Shown here piece by piece: positions 44,051 to 56,699 of a stretch of 64,000 bases of DNA. This stretch comes from Diplonema japonicum (taxonomy: Eukaryota; Protista; Euglenozoa: Diplonemea). The stretch is taken from assembly GCA_964019335.1 (NCBI GenBank), contig OZ025731.1, positions 124,001 to 188,000 on the forward strand, given 5' to 3'. The position numbers and the translations under genes were made by a program. Below the pieces are notes generated by a model. The model was given only the letters and a program-made list of their open reading frames with translations, was not told where the DNA came from and made no database searches. The first letter of the stretch is position 1, and every line of letters starts with the position of its first letter.

Positions 44051-45049
44051 TTTTTTCTTCCTCAATGCTACAAGTGCAATAGGTTAAGTCATGCCACCCC
44101 CACTTGACGTCCTCCCCCGCATTTAAAGAAAGAGGGAGGAATGAGCTGTAAATTTTTCTCTTTTTTTTTGTTAGAAGGAATAGAACAGGTGGAAACCCTT
44201 CCTTCCACAACACAAGGGGGAAACAAAAACCCCTCTTTTATTTCTTATCTTTCCAAATAAGTTCTCCTTTTCATCGGAAGGTGGAGAGGAAATGAAAACG
44301 ATTTCCTCCCCTCTTCTTTTTCTTCTTTTTTTTTTTCTTTTTTTTTTTCGTGTGTCGTTTTAAAGCTTCCAAACAAACGAAGACGAGGGAGGAAAAAGAA
44401 GAAAGAAAAAAAAAATTGACCCCCAGAGGGAAAAAAAAAAAGGGGGGTTAAAGAAAATTTGTTAAATTATTTCGTATACCTCTCTCTCCCCTTCTTTTCC
44501 CCCTGCGACCCAGTGCGAAGCCACTTACAAGCCCTTTATTTTATTTTTACCACTTCTCCTTATTTCTACAAGCTTCATCAGGTAGGTTCGATATTTATTT
44601 TCTTTTTTTTTTTTTTTTTTTTTTTTTTTCTCTTCATAACAAAGAAATGAAAGGGAGGTGGAAAAAAAGGGAAAGAGAAAAAAAAAAGATGCCCATATAT
44701 CCCTGTTTTTTTCATGTTTTTTTTTTTTTTCTCCTACCCAGCTGAGTATGTTTATTCCCTTCCCCTTCCCCTCACACATTCTTTTTGTTTACAAAATTTC
44801 TGTTTTTTTTCTTTTTTTTCTCTTCTTATTTATATCTCTTTTTCCCCATACAATCCTTCTCCTTCGCTCTGCAAACGAGCTCCTGAATTTTCTTGCTGCA
44901 ACACATCTGGAGTCATTGTCCTGCGCATGTGCCAGCAGGGACCCATGGTCCTGGACTGCTGTTTGCCCGAAGTACTTCACCCGCTTAAACAGATACACAT
45001 TGAGAAAAAAAAAGAAGAAGAAAAAAAAAAAAAAAAAAAGAAACCAACA

Positions 45050-46063
45050 ATGCAGATGCTGTACCTTGCTCTTTTCGCTGTGGGTGTGGCGGTATCGGAA
45101 GGAACGGAGCAGAACGCGCAGGAGGACCGTGTCGGGGAGAAGGTGGCGGAGGATGTGTCGAAGGGGGCAGTGAGCGCGAACATGCTCGGGGGGACCTTGT
45201 GGGATTGGGACCGATGCGTGGCGGAGCCGTGCAAGGAAGGGGAGGGGGACTGCGACTCGGATGCGGAGTGCAAGGCTGGGCTGACGTGCGGGCACAACAA
45301 CTGCAAGACGATGCACCCTGCGGAGGCGGACCTGTACATGACGTACGCGGACTGCTGCGAGGTGATGCAGCCCTTCCACCTGGACTACTGTCAGGAGAAG
45401 CCTGGCTGTGGGTTCGGGGTCGGGGACTGCGACGACGACGACCAATGCGGAGCAGGGCTGGTGTGCGGGTACAACAACTGCAGGGCGATGCACGCGAGGA
45501 CGGACCCCGTGTTGACCCACCACAGAGCCGACTGCTGCACAACTTGCGCGGCTGTGACTGTGGTGCTGGACGGGATCCCCACCCCTCAACCCCCGATGTC
45601 CTTCGTCGGCGGGAAGCTCGTGACAGCTGAGAGGACGCTCGCGAACCCTCCGAGTGTGCTGGCAGGGTCCGTGGTCCACAGCCTCCCGTCCCTCTCGTCC
45701 GACGATGAGATCAAGCTGGAGTGCTGTGCGAAGAAGAACACCCCGTGCAACTTCTTCGTTGCGGTCTACCACTGCCCCCCTTGCTCCGCCACCGCCAACG
45801 GCGGCATCCCCAACTTCCTCGCTTCCCAAGGATGGAGCGGCTCCTCCTGCGCTCCGATCTTCACCCCCGCTGGCTCCTCGCAAGCCCAGACCATGACGGT
45901 CTTCCAGAAGACCCTCCAGGCGGGCGAGGACCTCACCATCCCCCTCTCCACAGCTGCCCCTCATGTTGCCGTCTTCACCACCACTGGGGGTGTCGGGGAT
46001 TGGTGCCCCAACAGGGTGGCCACCGGCACCAAGGGTCCCAACAGACCTTGCGTGTGCCTTTGA
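45050..46063 (+). CDS. Secreted cysteine-rich protein, copy 2
   Basis: Near-identical to 27005-28018 (one I/T difference seen); the duplication includes flanks, about 44985-46425. Confidence 0.85.
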   Translation: MQMLYLALFAVGVAVSEGTEQNAQEDRVGEKVAEDVSKGAVSANMLGGTLWDWDRCVAEPCKEGEGDCDSDAECKAGLTCGHNNCKTMHPAEADLYMTYADCCEVMQPFHLDYCQEKPGCGFGVGDCDDDDQCGAGLVCGYNNCRAMHARTDPVLTHHRADCCTTCAAVTVVLDGIPTPQPPMSFVGGKLVTAERTLANPPSVLAGSVVHSLPSLSSDDEIKLECCAKKNTPCNFFVAVYHCPPCSATANGGIPNFLASQGWSGSSCAPIFTPAGSSQAQTMTVFQKTLQAGEDLTIPLSTAAPHVAVFTTTGGVGDWCPNRVATGTKGPNRPCVCL

Positions 46064-46531
46064 GAGGGAGGGAGAGAGGGAGAGAGAGTGAGGCGTGCCA
46101 AATAGAGTTTCTGAAAACCCTTTCTCCCCCGTTCGTCTTCTCTCAGCAGAAGGGCGGCAGTGGAGAAAACCTTTATTCTATGATTTATCATTCCTCTGGA
46201 ATGTCCCTTTTCTTTTCTTTTTTTCGCTGTGTCACATACTGCATGGCACCACTAAAATCGAGACTACCTTTTTTTCTTTCTCATTTACTTACCTAAGTTA
46301 ACTTCCTCTCTTTCCCCTCCCTTTTTTTTTTTTAGCTTGGCCCCACAAGACGGGGGCCTCTGCTGAAGAAATGCGATGAAGAGGGATCTGTTGATAGCTT
46401 CCAAAAAATGCGAAAGTTATTAAGCCCCGTTTTCTTCTATTTTCTCACATTTCTGTTTTGCTGTACCACTGGGGGGGGGGGGGGGGGGGGAAACAAATTA
46501 CTATAAAAAAGGGGGGGGGGGGAGAAAACAA

Positions 46532-49384
<2,853 letters not shown>

Positions 49385-49636
49385 AGAGGATTTCCTTCTC
49401 TCCTCCTTTTTTTTAAACTACTTGCATGTTTGTATCCGGATTTCATTTTAAATCAGTCATCGGTCAGAAAAGGTTTGGAAAAGAAAGAAACGAAGAAAAA
49501 GAGAAACAAAAAAAGGTAAACTCTGTGCTGGTGCACATGCATTTACACGCTGGGCCAACCTGAAAAAAAGAAAAAGAAAGAAAACACAAACCTAACCTGT
49601 GCCAAAATGGGTTTTTGGTTTTGGGGGGAGAAAAAA

Positions 49637-49718
49637 CGCTGACGGCAGGATTTGAACCTACGCGGGCAGAGCCCAATGGATTTCAAGTCCACCTCCGTAA
49701 CCGCTTGGATACATCAGC
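49637..49718 (-). tRNA. tRNA-Ser(UGA)
   Basis: GCTGATG...CGTCAGCG, anticodon loop CT-TGA-AA, long variable arm, T6 terminator. Confidence 0.93.
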
Positions 49719-49721
49719 CAT

Positions 49722-49754
<33 letters not shown>

Positions 49755-50177
49755 CAAAATACCAATGCAGGGCCGCCATGGAGAGCAACACCTGAGAAAA
49801 GGGAAAAAAAGGTGAAGGGAAACCATGGGGAAATAGGGAGGGCAATGGACCAGGCTTCTGCAAGCAGGAGGAGCCCTGGTCCCCCACCAACCCGTGCTCT
49901 GCTTTGGGACAGCCGAAGAGGGCTGAATTACATTTTTCCCTCAGTCAAGTGAGAGAAAAACGGGGGCCTACCTTCCAGCTGGATGTCCTTCTTTGGCTGG
50001 AACCTCCGGCGGAAAGCCCCCCAGGGAGGTATTGCTCCTATTGAGCGAATCATTGGTGAGTGTGAAAATAAAAAAAGGGGAAATGGGAAACAGTGAGAGG
50101 AAGGTGAAGGAAGGGAAAGGAAGGGAAAGGAAAGTGGAAAACACAACATTTCACTTTACACACACGCGGGCGATCCC

Positions 50178-53100
50178 TTAGCGCAGCACGGGGGCCGCGG
50201 GACCGGCGTCAAGAGAGACCGGAGGAGGGGGCGGCACGTTTGAAGGTGCAGTGACGTCTGTAGACGCCAGGGATGATGGCGAGGTGAACAGTCCGGAGCG
50301 TGACCAGGCGAGCAGGCCAGACTCAACAACGAGGTCGTAGATCTGGGTCACGCGTCTCGACAGGGAGAAGGCTAGGGAGGGAGTACCAGCAGGAGTGTCG
50401 ATCGCCCCCCTCCCGATCACAGGGCACCCACCGACAACATGCTCCCTGGACATCGGTGCTGCGTGGCAGGCTGGGCACCGGAGCACACCCTTGTGCTTCC
50501 TGTTCGGGCCAGCAGTCTGCAGGAAGCCGAAGAAGAGAGCCGAGTGACCAATCCGCAGCCGCGAGATGACCGTTTCAGCTTGTCTGGGGAAGCCAAGGGG
50601 GAAGTGCGCGGACCGAAGCTCGGTCGCCACCGCGTAGTTGTGGGCGAGGGATGTTATGAGCTCCGCGGACCTCCGCACCACCCACCGTCGCACCAGGGCC
50701 CTCACTGATCGGTAGTCAAGGGAGGGCCTGTCCTGCTTCCGCTTCGTTCCCTCCCCGGCCAGAGCGTCAGCCTTCTCGTTCCCGTCCACCCCACAGTGGG
50801 AGGGCACAAACTGGAGGACCACCGGTGTCCCCTGCGTGCGCGCCGCGGACACCAGCCGGCTCCACGTCTGGTGGTCGAGCTTCTCCCTCTGTCGCGTTGG
50901 GCCAGCTCGCAGCTGCTCGACGAGGGAGAGGGAGTCGGTGCAGATCGACAGCGGGGACTTCGCCAGCGAAGGGTGTGTTTTTCGGAGGGTAGCCACCATA
51001 TCCAGCGCCGTTTTCACAGCCATGCCCTCTGCCCGAAAAGATGAACAGAAGTCGTTGACGCCATGGCACACAGACACAGGGGTCAGGGGGGGAGGCAGCT
51101 GCAGATAAACCCCAGAGCCACCTTTCGCCTTCTGTCCGACCTGTACAACCGAGCCATCCGTGTAGGCATGGATGCCCGGGGGGAGAGCCGCAAGAGCAGC
51201 CTCGGCCGCCTTCCGCCTGTCCGCGTCTGGCGACGATCGCGTGACCCCGCCGGGGAGGTCAGTCCTGAAGTCGACCATGCCTGTCTGCCACGGGGCCGCC
51301 AGGGGCGTAGCCGACAGGTACTCGAAGTGCACCTTTGGTTCCAACCCGCATCGACGCAGTGCTTGGTAGCCAGAGCGCAGCCACCCACACCCCAGCCTGT
51401 TCGCCTGCTTCAGCTTGACCGTCTCCCTGTGAACCGGGGAAGACTGCCAGCAGAAGGCCTTCGCCGTCATCGTCGCCGCAGCACCCTCCGCCATTCTTTC
51501 GAGGGGAAGCAGTCCTGCCTCAGCTAGGAGCTTGTACCCTCCGGAGCCACTCCAGCAGCCCGTGATCAGCACCGCCGCCTCCTGGTGAAGCCCAGCCAGG
51601 TCCTTCCTCCCGACATCATCGAGCCTGCTGTAGTAGACCCCCATGCAGTAGCGCAGCAGCGGGAGGATGTACGTAACGTAGAGAGACCGCAGAGTGTCCC
51701 TCTTGCTGCCCCAGGACGTGCCGGACAAGAGCTTCAGCACCCTCAGCCTTTTGCTGGCCCGCCGTAGGATGTCCTGTGCGTGTTCACCGAACGTGAGCCC
51801 AGAGTCCACCGTAACCCCAAGGTACCTCGCGTGTTCAGATAGAGGCAGGGGACGGGCCGCAACGTAATCCACGTCGGGCCGTCGCACGGCTGCATGCATG
51901 TCCCGCACGCAGCGGATCCGCACACCACCCGCCTCCACAACCTGAAGGCCCGCCAGCTCCTGGTCCCCGGAGATCGTGCCATCGGCGTTCACCCCCAGGC
52001 CGAAGAGTGGGTTCTGGAAGGCACCTGGCTGAAGGGGGACTCGTGACGAAGTGAAGTAGACCCCGAGACGTTTCTGGGGGGGGACGCAGACTGCCTGCGT
52101 CTTGGACGTGCTCAGCAGCATGTCACGCTCCCTGCACCAGTCCTCAACCGCATCCACCACCGCCTGCGCCTTCCGCTCCAGCCCAGCCACGTCCCCTTGT
52201 CCAGAGGAGATCACAACCGCCACGTCGTCGGCGTAGAGCACCGAGACGTCCGCCAGTCCCTCCAGTCTCCTGGCGAGTTCGTCGACGTAGATGGTGTACA
52301 GGATGGGACCCAAGACAGAGCCCTGGGGGACACCCCGTCGCACCTTCGTCGTCGACCCCCTCGACCGTCCAATCGTGACCGCAGCAGTACGGCCGCATAG
52401 AAAGGACCGCGTCCACTCCACGAAGGGTTCGGGGAGACCCTTCCCTCGCATCTTGTCCAGCAGGGCACCATGGGGCACCAGGTCGAAGGCAGAAGAGAAG
52501 TCGAACAGCAGAGCGGCCGAGAGACGTCGATCGTCTTTGTTCCTCGACATGCACTCAGTGAGGGTTGCCACCTGCTCCTCCGTGGAGCGGCCGCGTCTGA
52601 AACCAGCCTGGCTGTCGTGGAGTCCCTCGACTCCCGTCCCGTCCGCGTCAAGAAGAAACGTGAGCCTCTCCTCGATCATCCTCTCCAGCAGCTTGCAGAG
52701 GCAGCTGGTCAGGCAGATCGGCCGGTAGGAAGCCAAGAGAGTCGCATCTTTTCCAGGTTTCGGTACCGGGACGATCACTCCCTTCTTCCAGGCACCGGGG
52801 ACGACACCCATCAGCCAGGAGCGATTGAGGAGTAGAAGGAGGACACCGAGGGAGTCCGAGTTCAGGTGTAGGAGCATCTCCGAGAAGATTCCGTCTTCCC
52901 CGGCCGCGCTGCGCGTCTTCATCCTTCTCAGGCCGCGGGTGAGGTCGTCCACGGTGAACGCTTGACACCCGAGTCTGCTTGCAGAAGGAGCGGCGTCCTT
53001 CGAGTTCCCGTCACCACGCCTGCCGTAGAGCTTAGCGAAGTGCGCCCCCAGCCGGTCGGCCTTCGCCTTGTCCGACACAAATCTTCCCTCGAGTACAGGA

Positions 53101-54326
53101 AGGTGTGTCTTTCGGTGCCTGCCGTCCAGCTTCTTCACCGCTCTGAACGCAGCCCCGAGGTCCTTGCTCCGGCTGAGGTCGGCCGCCATCCTTCCCCATG
53201 CCTCACGCTTCGTCTCGTCAAGGAGTCGGTTGACTTCCTTCACCTTCGCCCTGTACTCCTCCACCACGTCCGCCTCTTGAAGCAGGAGTTCGCGCAGGGT
53301 GTTCCGCTCTTCGAAGGCATCCTCGAGCTCAGCAGTCCACCAGGGGGTCGGGCCACGTCGCATCCCACAGAGGGGAATGTGGTCGTTCGCCGCAGTCAAA
53401 AGGGCTTGTGTAAACCCCTTCGTGACAGAGTCAATCGGAGCCGCCGTGTCAACACCAGCAAGCAGGCGGGCAACAGCAGCAGTGTAGTCATCCCATCTGG
53501 CTTTTTTGAAATTCCAGGTGGGGAAGGGGCGCTCCGAACGGTAGACGTCCTCAAGAGGCAGGTGAAAGGATACGGGACTATGATCGGAGCCCCACGTGCC
53601 CAGCGTCTTCGGCTCAAGCTTTGCGCAGCGCCCCACAACCAGGTCCAGAACGTGTCGTGACGAGTCCCTCGTCGGTTCGTTGCGGTCGTTGTAGACGGTG
53701 TACCCGTGGGTGTCCAGCCAGTCCCTGACCACGTTCCCCCTCTCGTTCGGCGTCGTCACCGTGGCGTCCCAGGAGCTGTGGTGAGCATTGAAGTCACCCG
53801 CTATGACTGTGTTCTTCCCCATGGGAAGGCTGCCAGGCCGCAGGTACTCAGGGTCCCTCGTGCCTCTGCCCGCGCTTACCGGTGTAAGGTAAACGTTGGA
53901 GAGAGTGATCGGCTCACGCTTCTCGCAGGAGATCCTCACATCCAGTCTCTCAGTGACACAGTCCCCAGCCGGGAGTACGTGCGGAACCTCCTCCGAGGCA
54001 AGATCGTCGCGGACATACGTGACAATACCACCACCCCTCGTCGCAGTGCCGTCAGTCACCGGTGTCAACCGATCCCTCCTGTATGACCTGTACCCAGGCA
54101 GGTGTGGCGTGTCGTGCCCTTCCCTCAGGTGCGTCTCCTGTATCATGATGATGTCCAGCGACAAGAAGTCAGCATGGCGAGATACGACGGTCCATTTCGC
54201 AACGAGGCCGTTGCAGTTCCACGAGACAACCTTGAGACCCTTAGGCGACGGGGGCGGCAGCTTCTTGGGTGGGCCAGGGTTTGTTTCGACCAGCCCAAGC
54301 AGCCCCAGCAGGTCCCTGACGGACAT
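50178..54326 (-). CDS. Retrotransposon ORF2: 2A-like peptide, AP endonuclease, reverse transcriptase, RNase H, CCHC finger
   Basis: VETNPGP; SWNCNG, QETHL, GDFNAH, SDH; GVPQGSVLGP, YADD; YTDGS..CTDS..PSHCGVDGNEKAD; CPAC..EH...C. Confidence 0.95.
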   Translation of the reverse strand: MSVRDLLGLLGLVETNPGPPKKLPPPSPKGLKVVSWNCNGLVAKWTVVSRHADFLSLDIIMIQETHLREGHDTPHLPGYRSYRRDRLTPVTDGTATRGGGIVTYVRDDLASEEVPHVLPAGDCVTERLDVRISCEKREPITLSNVYLTPVSAGRGTRDPEYLRPGSLPMGKNTVIAGDFNAHHSSWDATVTTPNERGNVVRDWLDTHGYTVYNDRNEPTRDSSRHVLDLVVGRCAKLEPKTLGTWGSDHSPVSFHLPLEDVYRSERPFPTWNFKKARWDDYTAAVARLLAGVDTAAPIDSVTKGFTQALLTAANDHIPLCGMRRGPTPWWTAELEDAFEERNTLRELLLQEADVVEEYRAKVKEVNRLLDETKREAWGRMAADLSRSKDLGAAFRAVKKLDGRHRKTHLPVLEGRFVSDKAKADRLGAHFAKLYGRRGDGNSKDAAPSASRLGCQAFTVDDLTRGLRRMKTRSAAGEDGIFSEMLLHLNSDSLGVLLLLLNRSWLMGVVPGAWKKGVIVPVPKPGKDATLLASYRPICLTSCLCKLLERMIEERLTFLLDADGTGVEGLHDSQAGFRRGRSTEEQVATLTECMSRNKDDRRLSAALLFDFSSAFDLVPHGALLDKMRGKGLPEPFVEWTRSFLCGRTAAVTIGRSRGSTTKVRRGVPQGSVLGPILYTIYVDELARRLEGLADVSVLYADDVAVVISSGQGDVAGLERKAQAVVDAVEDWCRERDMLLSTSKTQAVCVPPQKRLGVYFTSSRVPLQPGAFQNPLFGLGVNADGTISGDQELAGLQVVEAGGVRIRCVRDMHAAVRRPDVDYVAARPLPLSEHARYLGVTVDSGLTFGEHAQDILRRASKRLRVLKLLSGTSWGSKRDTLRSLYVTYILPLLRYCMGVYYSRLDDVGRKDLAGLHQEAAVLITGCWSGSGGYKLLAEAGLLPLERMAEGAAATMTAKAFCWQSSPVHRETVKLKQANRLGCGWLRSGYQALRRCGLEPKVHFEYLSATPLAAPWQTGMVDFRTDLPGGVTRSSPDADRRKAAEAALAALPPGIHAYTDGSVVQVGQKAKGGSGVYLQLPPPLTPVSVCHGVNDFCSSFRAEGMAVKTALDMVATLRKTHPSLAKSPLSICTDSLSLVEQLRAGPTRQREKLDHQTWSRLVSAARTQGTPVVLQFVPSHCGVDGNEKADALAGEGTKRKQDRPSLDYRSVRALVRRWVVRRSAELITSLAHNYAVATELRSAHFPLGFPRQAETVISRLRIGHSALFFGFLQTAGPNRKHKGVLRCPACHAAPMSREHVVGGCPVIGRGAIDTPAGTPSLAFSLSRRVTQIYDLVVESGLLAWSRSGLFTSPSSLASTDVTAPSNVPPPPPVSLDAGPAAPVLR

Positions 54327-54467
54327 CCTCCCGAGTAGGGTGGGGATCAGTGCAGAAAAGTCGGTGAAGAAACAGAGAGGTAGGAGTCTCCTGGGGAGGA
54401 TGCGAGGGAGACTAGGAGAGGGAGCATGGTCGTAGATCTGCTGCTCCCCCTGTTCTGCGGGGCCCCT

Positions 54468-56426
54468 TCAATTGGATGGACCCATGGAGGCAGAGCGCCC
54501 CTTGACCCCATTGGTGAAGAGATCTTTGGTCTCCGCGAACGACCTGGCCCGCCCCCTCGTACCCAGGTTCGTCACCGCAGCCTCAGAGGTCGTAGCGAGA
54601 GGAGGAGCCCCCTTCTTCCCCTTCCCCTTCCCTTTCCAGACACTGTCGTGTGTCGTCGTCGCCCCCGGTGTAGGGTCCCGCGGCACTGCCGTTCCCGTCG
54701 TCAGCGTGGCCGCCTGCGGCAGGAGGAGGCGGAGCGTCGTCCGCAGATCGGAGATCATCTCCTGCTGAGAGTCGATCGTCCTCTGCAGCCCGACGATCGA
54801 CTCCTTCAGCGTGGCGACGAGCTCAGTGAGAGCGGCGACCTCAGGCGACCCGGAAGGGACCCCCTCCTTGTTTCCCCCAGACACGTTGCGGGGCGGTGTA
54901 GGGGACGTCACAGTGTCGAGCTGGGGGGGAGCCACCGAGCTCGGTATGGACGCCCACGGGCTGGTGGGAGGAAGCCCAGTTGCTTTCACCGCAGGGTCAG
55001 TCCCCGAGGGTGTCGACGCCGATACAGGTGCCGGGTCAGGTACAGGTGTAGGCGCAGGTGCAGGTACATGAGAAGATGTGGGTGCCGGGGTCGAGGACGT
55101 TGCAAGCGCAGGTGCAGATGCAGGTGTCGTCCTGTTGATGAGAGGGGGCGGCTTGACGGTCGGGTGGTCGTCCGCATCACGGAGACAGACAAGGCGCCCC
55201 CCAAGGAGCCACGTCCTGGACTTCGGGGGCGGGCTGTCGACGACGATGAAGAACACGAGTTGCCTCGTGCCCTGGAACATCGTCTGCGTGCGTCGCAGGA
55301 CGGAGGATGGTTTCCAACCGATGTGGTCCATCACTTCGTCGAAGGCCGCCCTGGTGATGGACGGCGGGGCCCCGGTGAGCAAAAACTTGCGCTTCGTACG
55401 CAGTTTTGCGAGGGTTTCCCGGAGCCGCTGTTCCGTCTCCGGTAGGCACCGCACAGTCCATCCCTTACGGTGCGCCACCCCGAGAGACAACCCACCCAGC
55501 GTCCCCGCAATCCGAAAGGCATCCGCCCTCCCTTCCGCCACGATGGGTACATAAGCGTACCCCCCGCGTCTCTCCGTCGTCCGCATTAAGCACCCGTCCC
55601 CGGACCGGCGCAGGACGGCGTGGACGTGTGCTGCTTGCAGGCGCAGTCCCACCTCGTGGGTCCAGTGCCTCGCCCGCGGTTCCTCCTCACCGAACTTCCT
55701 TGGGCGGAAGACCGCACGATCCTCCATCACCGCGCCCTGAGCCTTGGCGAGCTCCAGGACCCTGGCCTTCGCCTCCTTCAGGCTGTCTGCACTGACACAG
55801 ACGTAGACGACCTCCGATCCGCTGTTGAAGGTGGAAGGCGGGGTGTAGGTGGGGGGGTCCAGCCCGAACGTGGAGACGTGGACCCTCCTGTTCACTGCGC
55901 GCGACCCAGAGACCATGACAATCTCGCTGGGGGTGGTGACACCGGGGACCTCTGTCATAAGGACAAAGGTGATGGATGCCGTAGGTAACGCGGAGCACAC
56001 GACCCCCATTCCGGAGGGATCGTCGAGCGCAATGACAGCGCGGGATGTTTCCGTCGGGGGGGACACGTTGGTGTAGATCGGGGCGTCCCATGTGTCTGGC
56101 ACCAGGTCCCATCGCGGGGTTGTGGAAGGGGCAGGGGCAGGGTCGTCCTCCATCTCCTCAGGGCCAGAGCTGGTGTCAGAGTCTGAGCTGAGGAGGAGCG
56201 TGCCTTGGTCTGTTGACGCGTTGGCGGAAGCGTTCGCGACTGCTTCGTCCTCGACCTTCTGGGCATCTGCCTTCTTGGCGGCCGCCAACCTCAAAGCTTC
56301 CTCCTTTTTGGCAGCGGCTGCGGCGGCTTCCTTTTCGGCGGCGGCGGTGGCTGCGACCTTCTTCTTCTCCTCGGCGGCGGCGGCTGCGGCTGCGGTCTCC
56401 TTCTCGGCGGCGGCGGCTGCAGCTTG
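54468..56426 (-). CDS. Retrotransposon ORF1 (open frame lacks an initial ATG)
   Basis: About 650 open codons with an Ala/Lys/Glu-rich start, a globular core conserved in the second copy, a Pro/Thr linker and a short coiled coil. Confidence 0.8.
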   Translation of the reverse strand, partial: QAAAAAAEKETAAAAAAAEEKKKVAATAAAEKEAAAAAAKKEEALRLAAAKKADAQKVEDEAVANASANASTDQGTLLLSSDSDTSSGPEEMEDDPAPAPSTTPRWDLVPDTWDAPIYTNVSPPTETSRAVIALDDPSGMGVVCSALPTASITFVLMTEVPGVTTPSEIVMVSGSRAVNRRVHVSTFGLDPPTYTPPSTFNSGSEVVYVCVSADSLKEAKARVLELAKAQGAVMEDRAVFRPRKFGEEEPRARHWTHEVGLRLQAAHVHAVLRRSGDGCLMRTTERRGGYAYVPIVAEGRADAFRIAGTLGGLSLGVAHRKGWTVRCLPETEQRLRETLAKLRTKRKFLLTGAPPSITRAAFDEVMDHIGWKPSSVLRRTQTMFQGTRQLVFFIVVDSPPPKSRTWLLGGRLVCLRDADDHPTVKPPPLINRTTPASAPALATSSTPAPTSSHVPAPAPTPVPDPAPVSASTPSGTDPAVKATGLPPTSPWASIPSSVAPPQLDTVTSPTPPRNVSGGNKEGVPSGSPEVAALTELVATLKESIVGLQRTIDSQQEMISDLRTTLRLLLPQAATLTTGTAVPRDPTPGATTTHDSVWKGKGKGKKGAPPLATTSEAAVTNLGTRGRARSFAETKDLFTNGVKGRSASMGPSN

Positions 56427-56429
56427 CTA

Positions 56430-56699
56430 AAAATTAACGTCCCGAGGGACGGGTTGCACTTGCCCCTGTACCCTATGGCTCCTCCTAACGGGCTGCTGGG
56501 AGAATTGAACCGACGCTACTAGAAGGCTGCCCATGCGCTAACCAACTAGACCACGATCGATCCCAAAATTAACGTCCCGAGGGACGGGTTGCACTTGCCC
56601 CTGTACCCTAAGGCTCCTCCTAACGGGCTGCTGGGAGAATTGAACCGACGCTACTAGAAGGCTGCCCATGCGCTAACCAACTAGACCACGATCGATCCC
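56430..56699 (-). repeat. Two tandem 135-bp tRNA-derived/Pol III units at the retroelement 5' end
   Basis: Units 56430-56564 and 56565-56699 differ at one base; A box TGGTCTAGTTGG, B box GGTTCAATTC, each unit ends in T4-5. Confidence 0.85.

Noticed and set aside
43179-44213. Many Lys/Phe-rich ORFs here and in other spacers
   Set aside because: Artefacts of poly(A)/poly(T) tracts
49637-49718. Selenocysteine or UGA-suppressor tRNA that could explain the readthrough
   Set aside because: The anticodon is UGA, which reads UCA (Ser); it is not UCA
56430-56699. Functional tRNA genes or an HDV-like ribozyme (as in the L1Tc/Ingi 5' end)
   Set aside because: T-stem and anticodon arm do not pair, and I could not build the HDV double pseudoknot by eye; a covariance-model search would be needed
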